Source: an uncultured delta proteobacterium
GTDB lineage: Bacteria; Desulfobacterota; Binatia; UBA9968
Assembly (NCBI GenBank): GCA_963727625.1
Contig: CAVSHR010000012.1
Coordinates: forward strand, 224,001 to 288,000
Length of the DNA stretch: 64,000 nucleotides
Direction of reading: 5' to 3'
The translations under genes and the position numbers were made by a program. The notes under the pieces are model-generated. The model was not told where the DNA came from and ran no database searches. It was given only the letters and a program-made list of their open reading frames with translations. Shown in pieces: positions 45,777-56,495 of this stretch (its first letter is position 1; each line of letters begins with the position of its first letter).

Positions 45777-47092
45777 TTAAGTTGAATAGGAGGGCACGTG
45801 CTTCGTCACGTCTATGTCACGAATCCGAATCTGTGCCGTCATCAACTGGTGGAGCAGGGTCCGGAAAAGGTCGAGTAAGTGTTTCCCGTTTTTCTTCGAG
45901 GATCTGAAGCTTTCGCCCGACAAGATGAAGATAGTGAAGAATCTCTTCTTGCTCATCCAAGCGAGGCAAAGGGAGCAGCACTCGTTTCAAGGTACCTGAG
46001 TTAATGTTGAACTTTCCGTCGGCGGTGCGAATGGCCTGACCCGCTAAGAAACTACGGCCGCGTTCAGTCCCTGCATATTCATTCACAAATTCAGGGAGCA
46101 CTTTCGATAAATCAACGCGAACCCGGATAAGATAGGACGCGAAATAGCACTCCTCAAGTTCCCTACGGAAAAGCGCGCATCGTCCCGCGTTTTCCAGCAC
46201 GCCATTAGTTCGGACGAAAAGCAAATCACCGTCGCGCAGCCGCAGCGCCTCCAACTCCGTTCGTTTTGGTAGACCGTGCTTGAGGTCTCGGAGATCAATC
46301 GACCCACCCACAACATTCGGAATGCGGAGCACTGGGAACCCGGCTTTACCTCGCTCGCATTTCACGGAGGTGCCGTAGTCAAACGATAGAGATGTATTCT
46401 CCAGCGTGGCAACCTCCCAACTCTCCGGCACGGGGCCGATTTCGGTTTGTTTTTGGGGTTCGCCGCGGAGGCCTTCGGTGAAGAGTTTGTGGAGAAGCGC
46501 CTTTTTCAGTTCCGTGGTCAGCGCGATCAGCCGCTCCTGCTGCTCGATCGCCCGCTGCACCAGCCCCAACACCGCCGCAATCTTTCGCTGCTCACCAGAG
46601 AGGTGGAAAGGCAGTATTGAACTCGCGTAAACTGACCCACGATTGCGGGGATGTTGCACGCCGGATGTCGTCGCTTTTGCGTGGACCGTGAATCGTCCGA
46701 TATGCGTCAGAACACATATGAACTGGCTGAGAAAGTGCGGACATCTCGCGCTTCGCGCGAACACTAAGAGATCCGTTGAGGCAGAACACGGACGTCCGCG
46801 ATCTACGATCACGGATTTACGTCGGTAAGACGAAGATTGAGCGAAGAGCGATATCACCGCCGCAAAACGATGTCTTCCCGACCTGTGCCGGGCACTCGCG
46901 AACGGACTGTCGCCAGTCCCACCAGACGTCGGTCAGTCGGAATTCGAAGTACAAGCCGAGATCGTGACCCTCGCTCATCCGTTGAAGCGCGTAGGCCGCA
47001 TCGTGGACTCGCAGATACAAACGTCAGCGGAGCGAGCTTGCAGTCCAGTCGTGAGCGTGCCGATCTAACCGTTTCAACCAAAGTCAGTTCAT
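45777..47092 (-). pseudogene. hsdS: type I R-M specificity subunit; 5' TRD heavily indel-corrupted
   Basis: EQRKIAAVL..LKKALLHKLFTEG..QTEIGPVPESW, LPRLDEQEEI, RTLLHQLMTAQIR. Confidence 0.85.
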
Positions 47093-48654
47093 TATACCGC
47101 AAGTTGAGTGCAAGCATTTCTTCGAGCATAGCGTCGGTTCGCTTTCGATACTTCGTCTTCAAGTCATCCAACTCCTCGACAATTTCCAGCAATCGGCCGG
47201 TATTCGTCTGCTTCACCCGTGTGGATATAGCGACTCGGCGAAATGTTGAAGTCGTTCTTGGCGATCTCTTCGCGCGTGACGATGCGGCTGAATTTTTCTT
47301 CTTCGCGCCAAGATTTGAAAGTCTCGGCGATGCGGAGGATCGCGTCGTCGGGTAGATAGTTTTTCGGGTCGCCTTTGGCGAATTCGCGACTGGCATTGAT
47401 CAGAAAGAGTTTGCCTTTGCGGTCGTCCGGCTTGGCGTTATTTAAAAAGAGGATGATGCCCGGCGCGGTGGTGTTGTAGAAGAGATTTTCCGGCAGGTAG
47501 ATGACGCCTTCGATCAGGTCTTGCTCGACGAACCATTTGCGCACGTCTTTTTCTTTGTTGGTGTTGGCGTTGCCGGAGCCGCGGGAGGCGGCGCCGGTGT
47601 CGAGGACGACGGCGGCGCGGCCTGAATCATTCAGACTCGCGAGCATGATTTGCGCCCAGCCCCAGTCGGCTTTGCGGCCGGGAAATCCGGCGCCTTTGGG
47701 GAAGCGGTCCAGCTCGTCGTTGTCGTAGTCGGTTTCCTTCCACCAGTCCTGGTTCCACATCGGATTGGCGATCACGCGGTCGAAGGTCTGGAGGCGATTG
47801 GCTTTGCGGAACTTGGGATTTTTGAAGCTGTCGCCGATCTCGATCTGGCCCTGCATGTCGTGGATGATCATGTTCATGTTGGCCATGGCCCAGGTTTCCG
47901 GCGTGTACTCCTGGCCGTAGAGCTGGAGCGGCGCGTAGGTTTTGCGCGAGCGAAGATTCATCTTCTCTTCGAGCGCCAACTGGCACTTGATGAGCAGTCC
48001 CGCCGAACCGCAGCAGGGATCGTAAACGGTCATCCCCGGCTCGGGGTCGAGGATGTGCGCCATGACCATGCCGACTTCCTTGGGCGTGTAGAATTCCCCG
48101 GCGCTCGACACGCTGCCCTCGGCGAACTTGCGGATGAGATACTCGTACGAGCGACCGATGATGTCCGCCTCGACGTCGTTCAGCCCCAAACGCTTCTCGC
48201 TGATGCGCTCGATCAAATTCGATAGCCGATCGTCGTCGAGATCGCGCACACCGTGGGTGGTGGCGTTGAAATCGACCCGGTCGATGATTCCTTTGAGCAA
48301 AGAATTCTCATCGGCGATGTCGCGCAGCAGGGTCGTCAATTGCTCGCCGATCTTATCGGCCAGCTTGCGAATCACCGACCAGACGGAATCGTCGGGATTC
48401 TTCGGCTCCAAGGGCAGGAAGAAGCGAACCAGCTTCTTGTCGTGCTTAACGAGCTTAAAAGCCTTGGCCCGCGAGCCGACTTCCTTGGCGATGCGGTTCA
48501 ACTCATCGTCGAACACATCGCAGAGCCGCTTGGCGAAGATCAGCGGCAGGATATATTCCTTGTACTTCGGCGCGTCCTTGGCGCCGCGGATCGAACAGGC
48601 CGCATCCCAGATCCACGATTCGAGAGATTTATCGCCGTTGCCGTTAATAGCCAT
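47092..48654 (-). CDS. hsdM: type I R-M N6-adenine methyltransferase; frameshift in the last ~30 codons
   Basis: GEFYTP, YDPCCGSAG, YGQE, ANPMW, ENLFYNT. Confidence 0.93.
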
Positions 48655-48740
48655 GAATTGCCGCCAATTCTACTCAATTTAACGGCGGGGTGCCAAGAGA
48701 GAAGTCCGGAAAGAATGAAGAGGTTCGATGACCGAACCGC

Positions 48741-49307
48741 TCATTTGATATGCCGCAACGCGGCATCGAATTCATCCACGTCGAACTCCTCCGGGTCGAA
48801 TTCGCCGCCGATCCAGTCGAGATATTCATCGTGTTCCTCATGGTCGGGATCGCGGATCGCCGCCAGAAAGTTTTCGTAACCGCCGGTGCCGCCGCAATCC
48901 TCCGGCGGGCAGGCGCGGGCGCCGCCGATGCAGCGCGGATATCGGACACCGGCCTCGGGCGACAAAATTTTCTCGAGCAAGATCCCGTGCTCCCAGCCGT
49001 CGCCGAAGTCGTATTCGTAAACGATCTTTCGTTTCGGACTCGACAGAACCTGGCTGAGCCGGGCTTTTTTTTCGTCTTTGAGGTCAACGCCCAAGAAATC
49101 GTCCTTGCTCGGGACGCCGTAATAGGTTTTGCCGACGATAAACTGATGCAGATGGGAATCATACCAGCCCATGGCCACCTGGATGATTTCGTGCAGCTTG
49201 GCGAGGGTGACATCGCCGCTGACTTGTATCCGGCGCCAAATGGGAGGCCGCGTGTATCTCAGTGAAATCTTGAGCTGATAAATCTCCTGCGAATGGACGC
49301 GTTTCAT
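48741..49307 (-). CDS. plasmid pRiA4b ORF3-like protein
   Basis: PPIWRRIQV, LHEIIQVAMGW..HLHQF, YEYDFGDGWEH, ACPPEDCGG. Confidence 0.9.
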   Translation of the reverse strand: MKRVHSQEIYQLKISLRYTRPPIWRRIQVSGDVTLAKLHEIIQVAMGWYDSHLHQFIVGKTYYGVPSKDDFLGVDLKDEKKARLSQVLSSPKRKIVYEYDFGDGWEHGILLEKILSPEAGVRYPRCIGGARACPPEDCGGTGGYENFLAAIRDPDHEEHDEYLDWIGGEFDPEEFDVDEFDAALRHIK

Positions 49308-49489
49308 GATGTTACTGTCCGCCTTTCGTTTAAAATCAAAATTGTTTTCTTTAGGAGTCCACGGCTCTGCATCGTCGAAACAAATCTCGCAGGATGCCGC
49401 GGGACAAACAACATCACGGCGTCCATTGAGGTCTCGATTACAACGACACCGGTCGCGCTGATCAGAGTCGCCTTAAACTGAGCCGTTTC

Positions 49490-49640
49490 CCCCCGGGCGG
49501 AGTCGCGGGCTCGATCTCGTACTCGGCGAGCCATTCGATCATGGCCTGACGCAGGCGCCCGTCCCGGAACCCAAACCAACGCTCGCGTTCCGCTGGATGT
49601 TTGGAAAGGACGTCTTTGAAGCGGCAAAACGCGGCGCGGT
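49490..49640 (-). pseudogene. C-terminal remnant of a UPF0158-like protein
   Basis: AFCRFKDVL..PAERERWFGFR..EWL with no start codon. Confidence 0.6.
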
Positions 49641-49655
49641 CAAGATCGGATTGAG

Positions 49656-52121
49656 TTATTCGCGGGTCGGCGTTTCCTGGATCAACAACCCCGCCCGCCG
49701 CGTGTCGAAGATCCGGTACGCCGCCAGCTTGACGCGATCGTTTACGAAGAACCACGCCAGGGCATAGCCCCACACCCCCAATGCCCAGCCCCAGCCGATC
49801 GCCGGCATCAAGATTCCGTACACCGCCAGAAGCGTGGCGACAAGCTGGGTTCCCATCACCGCAGCGAGCAGAACCCGCGCCGGGCGTGTTGACCAAAAAG
49901 GACCGCGGGTTCGAGTCACAAAAATCGTCAAATGGCCGGCCACGGAGAGCTTCAAGTACATCAACGATTGGATGGTATCACGGTCGAAATGAAAAACCCG
50001 CTCGCCCAGGTAAAATAAACCGAACGAAGCGAGCACTCCGGCGACGCCGAGCACGGTCGCGATTCCCAGCACCACCGGCATGTTCCAGGCTTCGGGCGCG
50101 TTCGAGTAACGCACCTGATCATAAGCGATGGATAGGATTGCGCCGTCGTTGAGCAACGCCAGCAAAACGATCATCACCGCGGTTACCGGATAAAAGTCGA
50201 ACACCAGGATGGATAGGGTCATGAACAACAACACGCGGATCGTTTCGGCGATACGATAGATCGCGTAGCTGTTCATGCGCTGGAAGATTTTGCGGCTTTC
50301 CTTGATCGCGTCGATGATGACCGACAGGCCGGGCGTCAATAGGACGATATCCGCCGCCGCGCGGGCCGCGTCGGTGGCTCCGGATACGGCGATGCCGCAA
50401 TCGGCCTTTTTTAGCGCCGGCGCGTCGTTGACCCCGTCGCCGGTCATGCCGACGATATGGTCACCTTGCTGCAGAACGTCAACAATGTGGAATTTGTGCT
50501 CGGGAAAGACCTGGGCAAAGCCGTCCGCTTTCTCGATGGATTGCGCCAGCTGCGCAGTCTCATGATGACGAGTATCAGCGAAACCGCCGGCGTCTAAAAT
50601 GTTAGCGCCCATTCCCAGTTGATCGGCGATTTCTTTGCCGATGGCCAGTTGATCACCTGTGACCATCTTCACCTTCACTCCCATCTGCCGCGCCATGGCG
50701 ATGGTCGCTTTGGAATCCTCCCGCGGAGGGTCGAAGAGCGGCAAGATCCCGAGAAATTGCCATTGTCCTTGGTCGTCGGTGCGCGCAACCCCCAACGACC
50801 GAAAGCCGCGCGCCGCAAAGTCCTCGATCGCTTTGTCAACGGCAGCGCTGGTCTCGGCAGCATTCGCGGCCAACGCTTGAATCACCTGAGGCGCGCCTTT
50901 CGTGACCTTGAACTTCTTGCCGTCCCGGCTCTCGACTGCGGCTTCGGTGCGCTTGTGAACCGGATCAAACGGTTGAAAATGAATGACGCGATAGCCCTGT
51001 AAGCTTTGATCATCTCGGACGCCGCCAAGAACCGCCAGGTCGATGGTGTCCTGACTTTCGGCGCGGGACGCCAACGCAGCGGCGAGGATGATTTCTTCAC
51101 CGCTGACGCCGTCCACGACGAAAGGCTCTCCCAGGGTGAGCTTGTTTTGCGTCAACGTGCCGGTCTTGTCCGAGCACAGGACGTCCATGCCGGCGAGCTC
51201 CTCGATGGACGCCAGCCGGCTGACAATGGCCTGCTTTGCGGCCAGCAGCCGGGCTCCGACCGCCATTGTCACCGATAGCACTGTCGGCATCGCCACCGGG
51301 ATCGCCGCCACCGTCAGCACGAGCGCGAATTGCAGGGTGGTCGCCATGGGGTCGCCGCGGAACAGCGCGACGGCGAGGATTAACACCACCAGCGCCACCG
51401 CCAAGACGATCAAGTAGTCGCCGATTTTCAACACGGCGCGCTGGAAATGACTGACGGTGTGCGCCTGCTCGACCAGCTGCGCGGTCTTGCCGAAGTAGGT
51501 ATTCTGACCCGTGCCGTAAACCAACCCGTCAATTTCGCCCTGGCGAATAATCGATCCCGAATAAGCCGTTTCGCCGCTCTTTCGCGCGACGGGCAGAGAC
51601 TCGCCCGTCAACGCGGACTGATCCACCTCCACCGGATCGCCTTCCAACAAGCGCGCGTCCGCCGGGACGATGTCACCGAGCCGTATGTGAACGAGGTCCC
51701 CAGGCACAATCTCGCGGGCCGGGACGATCATCCACTTGCCGTCGCGCTTCACCCGCGCTTGTAATGCGAGCTTGGCTTTCAGCGCCGCGATCGCATTGCC
51801 GGCTTGAAATTCCTCCCAAAATCCGACGATCGCGTTGGCCACAAGCAGCATGAGGATGATAAAGAAATCGGCCCAGTGACGCACCAATGCCGAGAGAATC
51901 ACTGCCGCTTCAATCATCCAGGGAATCGGACCCCAGAAGTAGAGCAGGAACTTGAGAACAGAGTTGACTTTTTCTTCGGTAATTTCATTCGGGCCGTATT
52001 TTTGCAGGCGGGTTTGCGACTCCGTCGAGCTCAGCCCGTTTGGACTGGACGCGAGCGTCTTGAACAACTCAGGGAGTGAAACTTCCTTCGCTTCTTCCGC
52101 GGCCAATGGTGCGGCCTTCAT
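49656..52121 (-). CDS. plasma-membrane-type proton-efflux P-type ATPase (type IIIA)
   Basis: WGPIPWMIEAA, IPVAMPTVLSVTMAVGA, CSDKTGT, FDPVHKRT, FAQVFPEHK, LLNDG. Confidence 0.93.
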   Translation of the reverse strand: MKAAPLAAEEAKEVSLPELFKTLASSPNGLSSTESQTRLQKYGPNEITEEKVNSVLKFLLYFWGPIPWMIEAAVILSALVRHWADFFIILMLLVANAIVGFWEEFQAGNAIAALKAKLALQARVKRDGKWMIVPAREIVPGDLVHIRLGDIVPADARLLEGDPVEVDQSALTGESLPVARKSGETAYSGSIIRQGEIDGLVYGTGQNTYFGKTAQLVEQAHTVSHFQRAVLKIGDYLIVLAVALVVLILAVALFRGDPMATTLQFALVLTVAAIPVAMPTVLSVTMAVGARLLAAKQAIVSRLASIEELAGMDVLCSDKTGTLTQNKLTLGEPFVVDGVSGEEIILAAALASRAESQDTIDLAVLGGVRDDQSLQGYRVIHFQPFDPVHKRTEAAVESRDGKKFKVTKGAPQVIQALAANAAETSAAVDKAIEDFAARGFRSLGVARTDDQGQWQFLGILPLFDPPREDSKATIAMARQMGVKVKMVTGDQLAIGKEIADQLGMGANILDAGGFADTRHHETAQLAQSIEKADGFAQVFPEHKFHIVDVLQQGDHIVGMTGDGVNDAPALKKADCGIAVSGATDAARAAADIVLLTPGLSVIIDAIKESRKIFQRMNSYAIYRIAETIRVLLFMTLSILVFDFYPVTAVMIVLLALLNDGAILSIAYDQVRYSNAPEAWNMPVVLGIATVLGVAGVLASFGLFYLGERVFHFDRDTIQSLMYLKLSVAGHLTIFVTRTRGPFWSTRPARVLLAAVMGTQLVATLLAVYGILMPAIGWGWALGVWGYALAWFFVNDRVKLAAYRIFDTRRAGLLIQETPTRE

Positions 52122-52137
52122 TTTTTAAGCCCCCCAT

Positions 52138-53520
52138 TCACCACTCAAACGCCTCGTTAAACTTCGGCATCTCGACCTGTGTGTTATGGAGAAGCGCCGC
52201 AAAGCGCTGCATGACCGCTTCGTCGCCATGCACGAGAAAAGTGCGGCTGGCATGGGTTTGGCCGTGCCAGTCGAGCAGTTCGGCCTGGTCCGCGTGGGCG
52301 GAAAATCCGCCTATGGTATGGATGCTGGCGCGGACCGGGATCTCTGCACCGAAGAGGCGCACCTGCTTTGCGCCATCAACGATATGGCGCGCCAGGGTGC
52401 CATTGGCGGCATAGCCCACGAAAATAACGCTGGCCTGCTTGCGCCCGAGATTATTTTTGAGATGGTGCCGAATACGACCGCCGGTGCACATGCCGGATCC
52501 GGCCATGATAATGGCTCCGCCGGTGATGCGGTTGATGGCGATCGATTCGGCCGTCTCGCGAGTGAAATGAAGTGCCGGCAGGTGGAAAGGATCGTTTCCC
52601 TCTCGGAACATCTCCCTCGTCTCGCCTTTGTAACATTCCGGATGGTGTTCGAAAATTTGCGTGGCCGAAATCGCCATGGGAGAGTCGAGAAACACCGGAA
52701 GCGACTCCGGCAGGCGGCCTTGTTCCCTCCCCGCTCGCAGGAAATAAAGCAACTCCTGCGCGCGTTCCAGCGCAAAGGTCGGAATGATGACGTTACCGTC
52801 GCGCCGGAAAGTAGCCGTCACCACCTCATAGAGTTCCTCCACTGAGGCCGGCAGGGACTTGTGCTTCCGGTCCCCATAAGTGGTTTCCATCACCACTGAA
52901 TCCGCCTTTGCCGCGACGGGGACGCGGAGCAGCGGTCGCCCAGCGTTGCCGAGATCTCCGGAGAAGAGCACGCTGCGGCGGGCCGCCTGTTCCTGAAGCT
53001 CGATTAGCACGCTCGCCGAGCCGAGGATATGGCCGGCATCCAGGAAAGTGACGCGCAGGCCGGCGGCAAGCTCCAAAGGCTCTCCGTAAACCGCAGTACG
53101 CCCAAAATACTCAAAGCTATTTAATGCGTCGAGCGTAGTGTAAAGCGGCGCATCTTCATGATCGGCATGACGCTTTTCTGACTTGCGTTGCCGATAGCGC
53201 GCTTCCTCCTCCTGCAGGTGCGCGGCATCCAACAGCACCAGACGGGCTAATTCCCGTGAGGCCGATGTGGTGACGATCTCCCCGTTAAATCCTCGCTGGA
53301 CCAATAGCGGCAAACGGCCGCAATGGTCCAGATGCGCGTGGGTGAGCAGGACATAATCAATGGCGGCGGGATCGAAGCCAAACGGTTCTGCGTTTTCCTC
53401 ATGGAGCTCCCGACCGCCTTGATACATTCCACAGTCGATCAAGATGCGGCGTCCAGCGCATTCGATCAGATGGCACGAGCCGGTAACGCCACGATCGGCG
53501 CCGTGAAATGACAACTTCAT
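52138..53520 (-). CDS. metallo-beta-lactamase/beta-CASP ribonuclease-like hydrolase
   Basis: VTGSCH, THAHLDH, AGHILG, ETTYG, FSAHAD, LVHGD. Confidence 0.92.
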   Translation of the reverse strand: MKLSFHGADRGVTGSCHLIECAGRRILIDCGMYQGGRELHEENAEPFGFDPAAIDYVLLTHAHLDHCGRLPLLVQRGFNGEIVTTSASRELARLVLLDAAHLQEEEARYRQRKSEKRHADHEDAPLYTTLDALNSFEYFGRTAVYGEPLELAAGLRVTFLDAGHILGSASVLIELQEQAARRSVLFSGDLGNAGRPLLRVPVAAKADSVVMETTYGDRKHKSLPASVEELYEVVTATFRRDGNVIIPTFALERAQELLYFLRAGREQGRLPESLPVFLDSPMAISATQIFEHHPECYKGETREMFREGNDPFHLPALHFTRETAESIAINRITGGAIIMAGSGMCTGGRIRHHLKNNLGRKQASVIFVGYAANGTLARHIVDGAKQVRLFGAEIPVRASIHTIGGFSAHADQAELLDWHGQTHASRTFLVHGDEAVMQRFAALLHNTQVEMPKFNEAFEW

Positions 53521-54482
53521 CACAAACTCCTTGGTTGTAACGGCTCGCCGTTTATTTCGTGCCAATGCAGGATACCGTCCCAGATCTCCTGAGCGGTCTC
53601 GGCGAACCAGAACAGTTCCCGATCTTCCAGATCGATAACGCCTTCATCGACGAGAAAGTCCACGTTGAACGCGCGACGCCAGTACTGCTCGCCGACCAAT
53701 ACGACAGGAACCGGCTTGATCGTGCGGCTCTGCACCAACGTCAGGGTTTCGAAAAGCTCATCGAAGGTGCCGTAACCACCCGGAAAGGCGACCAGCGCCT
53801 TGGCGCGCAAAAGAAAATGCAGCTTCCGCAGCGCGAAGTAATGAAAGCGAAAACAAAGATCGGGGGTGATATAAGGGTTGGGATACTGTTCATGGGGCAG
53901 GCGAATATTAAGGCCGATGGATTTGACACCGACGTCATAGGCCCCGCGATTGGCAGCCTCCATGATTCCCGGGCCGCCCCCGGTCATGATGACAAGGTCG
54001 TAGTTGTGGCCGTCCGGCCCGCGGCTTCCCACCAAACGCCCGAATTGACGGGCTACATCGTAATAACAACTATTGGCGAGAAGACGCTCCGCCACTTCAA
54101 GGCGACGGGTCAGAATCGTATTGGTCGGGTCGGTCGCCAGAGCTGCGCGCAACGCCTCGATATCCCGCTGAACCGCCGCCCGCTCCCGAATGCGAGTGCC
54201 GCCGAAGACGACGATCGTGTGCCGGATGGAATGCTGCTCCATCAGGAGTTCGGGCTTGAGGTAATCGACCTGGAGGCGCAGGCCACGGAGATCGTCGCGG
54301 TTAAGGAAGTCGACGTCCTTGTCCGCCTCCCTATAGCTGGGGCTTTCCAGAATGGCTTTGATTCGCTGCTGTGCTTCCGGCTCCTCCTCGATCGGCTTCG
54401 GCCGCTGCCAAGGCAGCGGTTCGCGGCGCTGGGTTGGGTGCGGCGGCGTTGGAACTCGTGCTGGCGTCTGCTGTTTGGGCAT
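53520..54482 (-). CDS. LOG-family (TIGR00730-type) nucleotide phosphoribohydrolase
   Basis: TGGGPGIMEAANRGA, YFALRK, FPGGYGTFDELFE. Confidence 0.9.
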   Translation of the reverse strand: MPKQQTPARVPTPPHPTQRREPLPWQRPKPIEEEPEAQQRIKAILESPSYREADKDVDFLNRDDLRGLRLQVDYLKPELLMEQHSIRHTIVVFGGTRIRERAAVQRDIEALRAALATDPTNTILTRRLEVAERLLANSCYYDVARQFGRLVGSRGPDGHNYDLVIMTGGGPGIMEAANRGAYDVGVKSIGLNIRLPHEQYPNPYITPDLCFRFHYFALRKLHFLLRAKALVAFPGGYGTFDELFETLTLVQSRTIKPVPVVLVGEQYWRRAFNVDFLVDEGVIDLEDRELFWFAETAQEIWDGILHWHEINGEPLQPRSL

Positions 54483-54690
54483 ATCTTCCTCTCAACGATC
54501 TCGCTCTTGGCTTACTTACTCGGGCCGGTTCGATTCGACATTCGACTTATTCACGCCGTTTCCAATCGCGAATCTCCGGCAGATTTTCGCCGTGGCTGTG
54601 AGTGCAGGCTTTGTGATCGAGCAACTTGTCGCGCAGAAATTGCTTGCGCAGGCGGCATGGGACTTGTCCTTGACCCTCTTCTAATCATGA

Positions 54691-55806
54691 TTACAGGCGA
54701 AACTCCTGCAGCGTGCGCAGAAAGCTGATGACGTCCTGCCGGGAAAGCATACCGATCACCTGTCCGTCCGTCATCACCGGCAGTTGATTGACTCCGTCAC
54801 CGTCCATCTGCTGGAGCGCGCTCCAGAGCTCTGCGGAAGGGCTGATGCGCTTGCATTGCTCCAGCGGGAGCATGGCCTGAGACGCGGCGGTCGTCGCCCA
54901 CTCCTGGCGCGGCACTTCTTTGACCCTGTGCGGAGTGATCAGGCCGACAGCCTTTTGGCCGCGAGTAACGATCAAACAGCGCTGCGCCTGGCCGAGGATC
55001 TGTTCGTCCACCAGCTCTTGCAGCTTAAGATCTGCGGCAACAGTAGCGCTCTGCCGGCTCATCGCCTGAGAGACGGTGTGTCCCGCCAGCAATTCTTTAA
55101 ACATCGCTTGGTGCAGCTCGGCAGTGGCGGCGTTGTCCAGAAACCAGCCGATGAACGCAAACCAAAAACCGCCGAGATCGCCGGCGAAGACGCGCCAGAA
55201 GCCTATAAAAATAAACAAAAAACCGAAAAAACGCCCGACCTTCGCGGAGATCAGGGTGGCGCGTCGCATGTTGCCTGTCAGCGCCCAAACGATGGCACGG
55301 AAAACGCGACCGCCATCGAGCGGGTAACCGGGGACCAAATTAAACAACACCAGCGTCATGTTGATATAGGCTAAATACTTGGCCAGCGCCCACAGAGGCT
55401 CAAGACCGGCAACGAGGGGTTCCACGGTGGAAAAAAAGCCCGCGAGAACGAGACTGACGATGGGGCCGGCGATGGCCACGAAAAATTCCGCGGCGGCGCT
55501 GGGGGGTTCCGCGCCAATCTGCGCGACGCCGCCAAAGACGAAAAGCGTGATGCTGCGCACGGGAATTTTATACCGCAATGCCACCACGGAGTGGCCCAGT
55601 TCATGGAGCAGCACGCTGGCGAAGAGCATGAGCGCCGTGACGGCGCCCATGACCCAATAGAGAGGCGGCGCCCAGCTCTTAAACTCCGCGGGGTAGTAAC
55701 TTCCTGCCAGCGCCCACGTGAGCAAGGCAAAGATCACGAACCAGGAATAATCCAAGCCGATGGGGATTCCGATGATCTTGCCCAGCGGAATGTTTTGTCG
55801 AGTCAT
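54691..55806 (-). CDS. site-2 (M50) protease with CBS domains
   Basis: HELGH, FNLVPGYPLDGGR, C-terminal CBS pair. Confidence 0.92.
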   Translation of the reverse strand: MTRQNIPLGKIIGIPIGLDYSWFVIFALLTWALAGSYYPAEFKSWAPPLYWVMGAVTALMLFASVLLHELGHSVVALRYKIPVRSITLFVFGGVAQIGAEPPSAAAEFFVAIAGPIVSLVLAGFFSTVEPLVAGLEPLWALAKYLAYINMTLVLFNLVPGYPLDGGRVFRAIVWALTGNMRRATLISAKVGRFFGFLFIFIGFWRVFAGDLGGFWFAFIGWFLDNAATAELHQAMFKELLAGHTVSQAMSRQSATVAADLKLQELVDEQILGQAQRCLIVTRGQKAVGLITPHRVKEVPRQEWATTAASQAMLPLEQCKRISPSAELWSALQQMDGDGVNQLPVMTDGQVIGMLSRQDVISFLRTLQEFRL

Positions 55807-56168
55807 GACCGCGCCGATTGTCGCATATCGCCGCCGCCCATTACCGCTGCCATAGGATGCGCGTCCGTTCCAAGGGAACTTGAGCGCCGCAATGAAACGG
55901 CACCCCCCGCGGCGTGTAGTCCGTGGCGAGGCGGGCCAAGGCCATAGATTGGCCGGCTGACACGGGGTTGTTGGCTCATGGTTTGATGTCCCTTTGCTTC
56001 TCAGACGGCACCGCGAGAGTGTCCGGTTATTTTTTTGTGAGACTAAATCGATGTAAGTTCTCGCTCGGCAATCTCCAATGCCTTCCGAGCTGCCTCAGTG
56101 GCGCGCTTGAAATTGCCCCGTTAATAGCCGGTTTACCTTGATGACCGACGTTGTTTGTTGTTGTAAGT

Positions 56169-56183
56169 GCAATCCCGGCGCCA
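56169..56183 (-). promoter_or_regulatory. sigma54 promoter candidate for the M50 operon
   Basis: TGGCGC-CGGGA-TTGC. Confidence 0.5.
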
Positions 56184-56495
56184 AGTTGGCCTTGCGCTTT
56201 TCCGTAGGATTACAAATCGATTGCCCGCAAAACTGCGAAAAATCGTCAAAGAGTTTTGCAGAGCTGCGATAGAATCCTGGCAGGTTTGGCTGTCTGGCTT
56301 ATCAACGGGAACTTCTATGATGAAGATTGATCGGCAGGAAGAACCGATCGGTCAATCGGAGAGCGAACAAAAAATCCATCCACGCCGTCTCCCTCAGACG
56401 CACGCCGATGCGCGGGCGCAGCTGGCTACTCGCATGGTTACACAGCAAAAACTTGTCAGATAATCGCGTATTTATATTTTCTCCGGTTCACCCGG

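Noticed and set aside
34378-49640. Defence region as an integrative element or prophage
   Set aside because: No integrase, transposase, tRNA target or att direct repeats were found.
20407-56231. 14-bp match tttgcgggcaatcg (20407) versus its reverse complement at 56218
   Set aside because: 14-mer matches are expected by chance in 64 kb.
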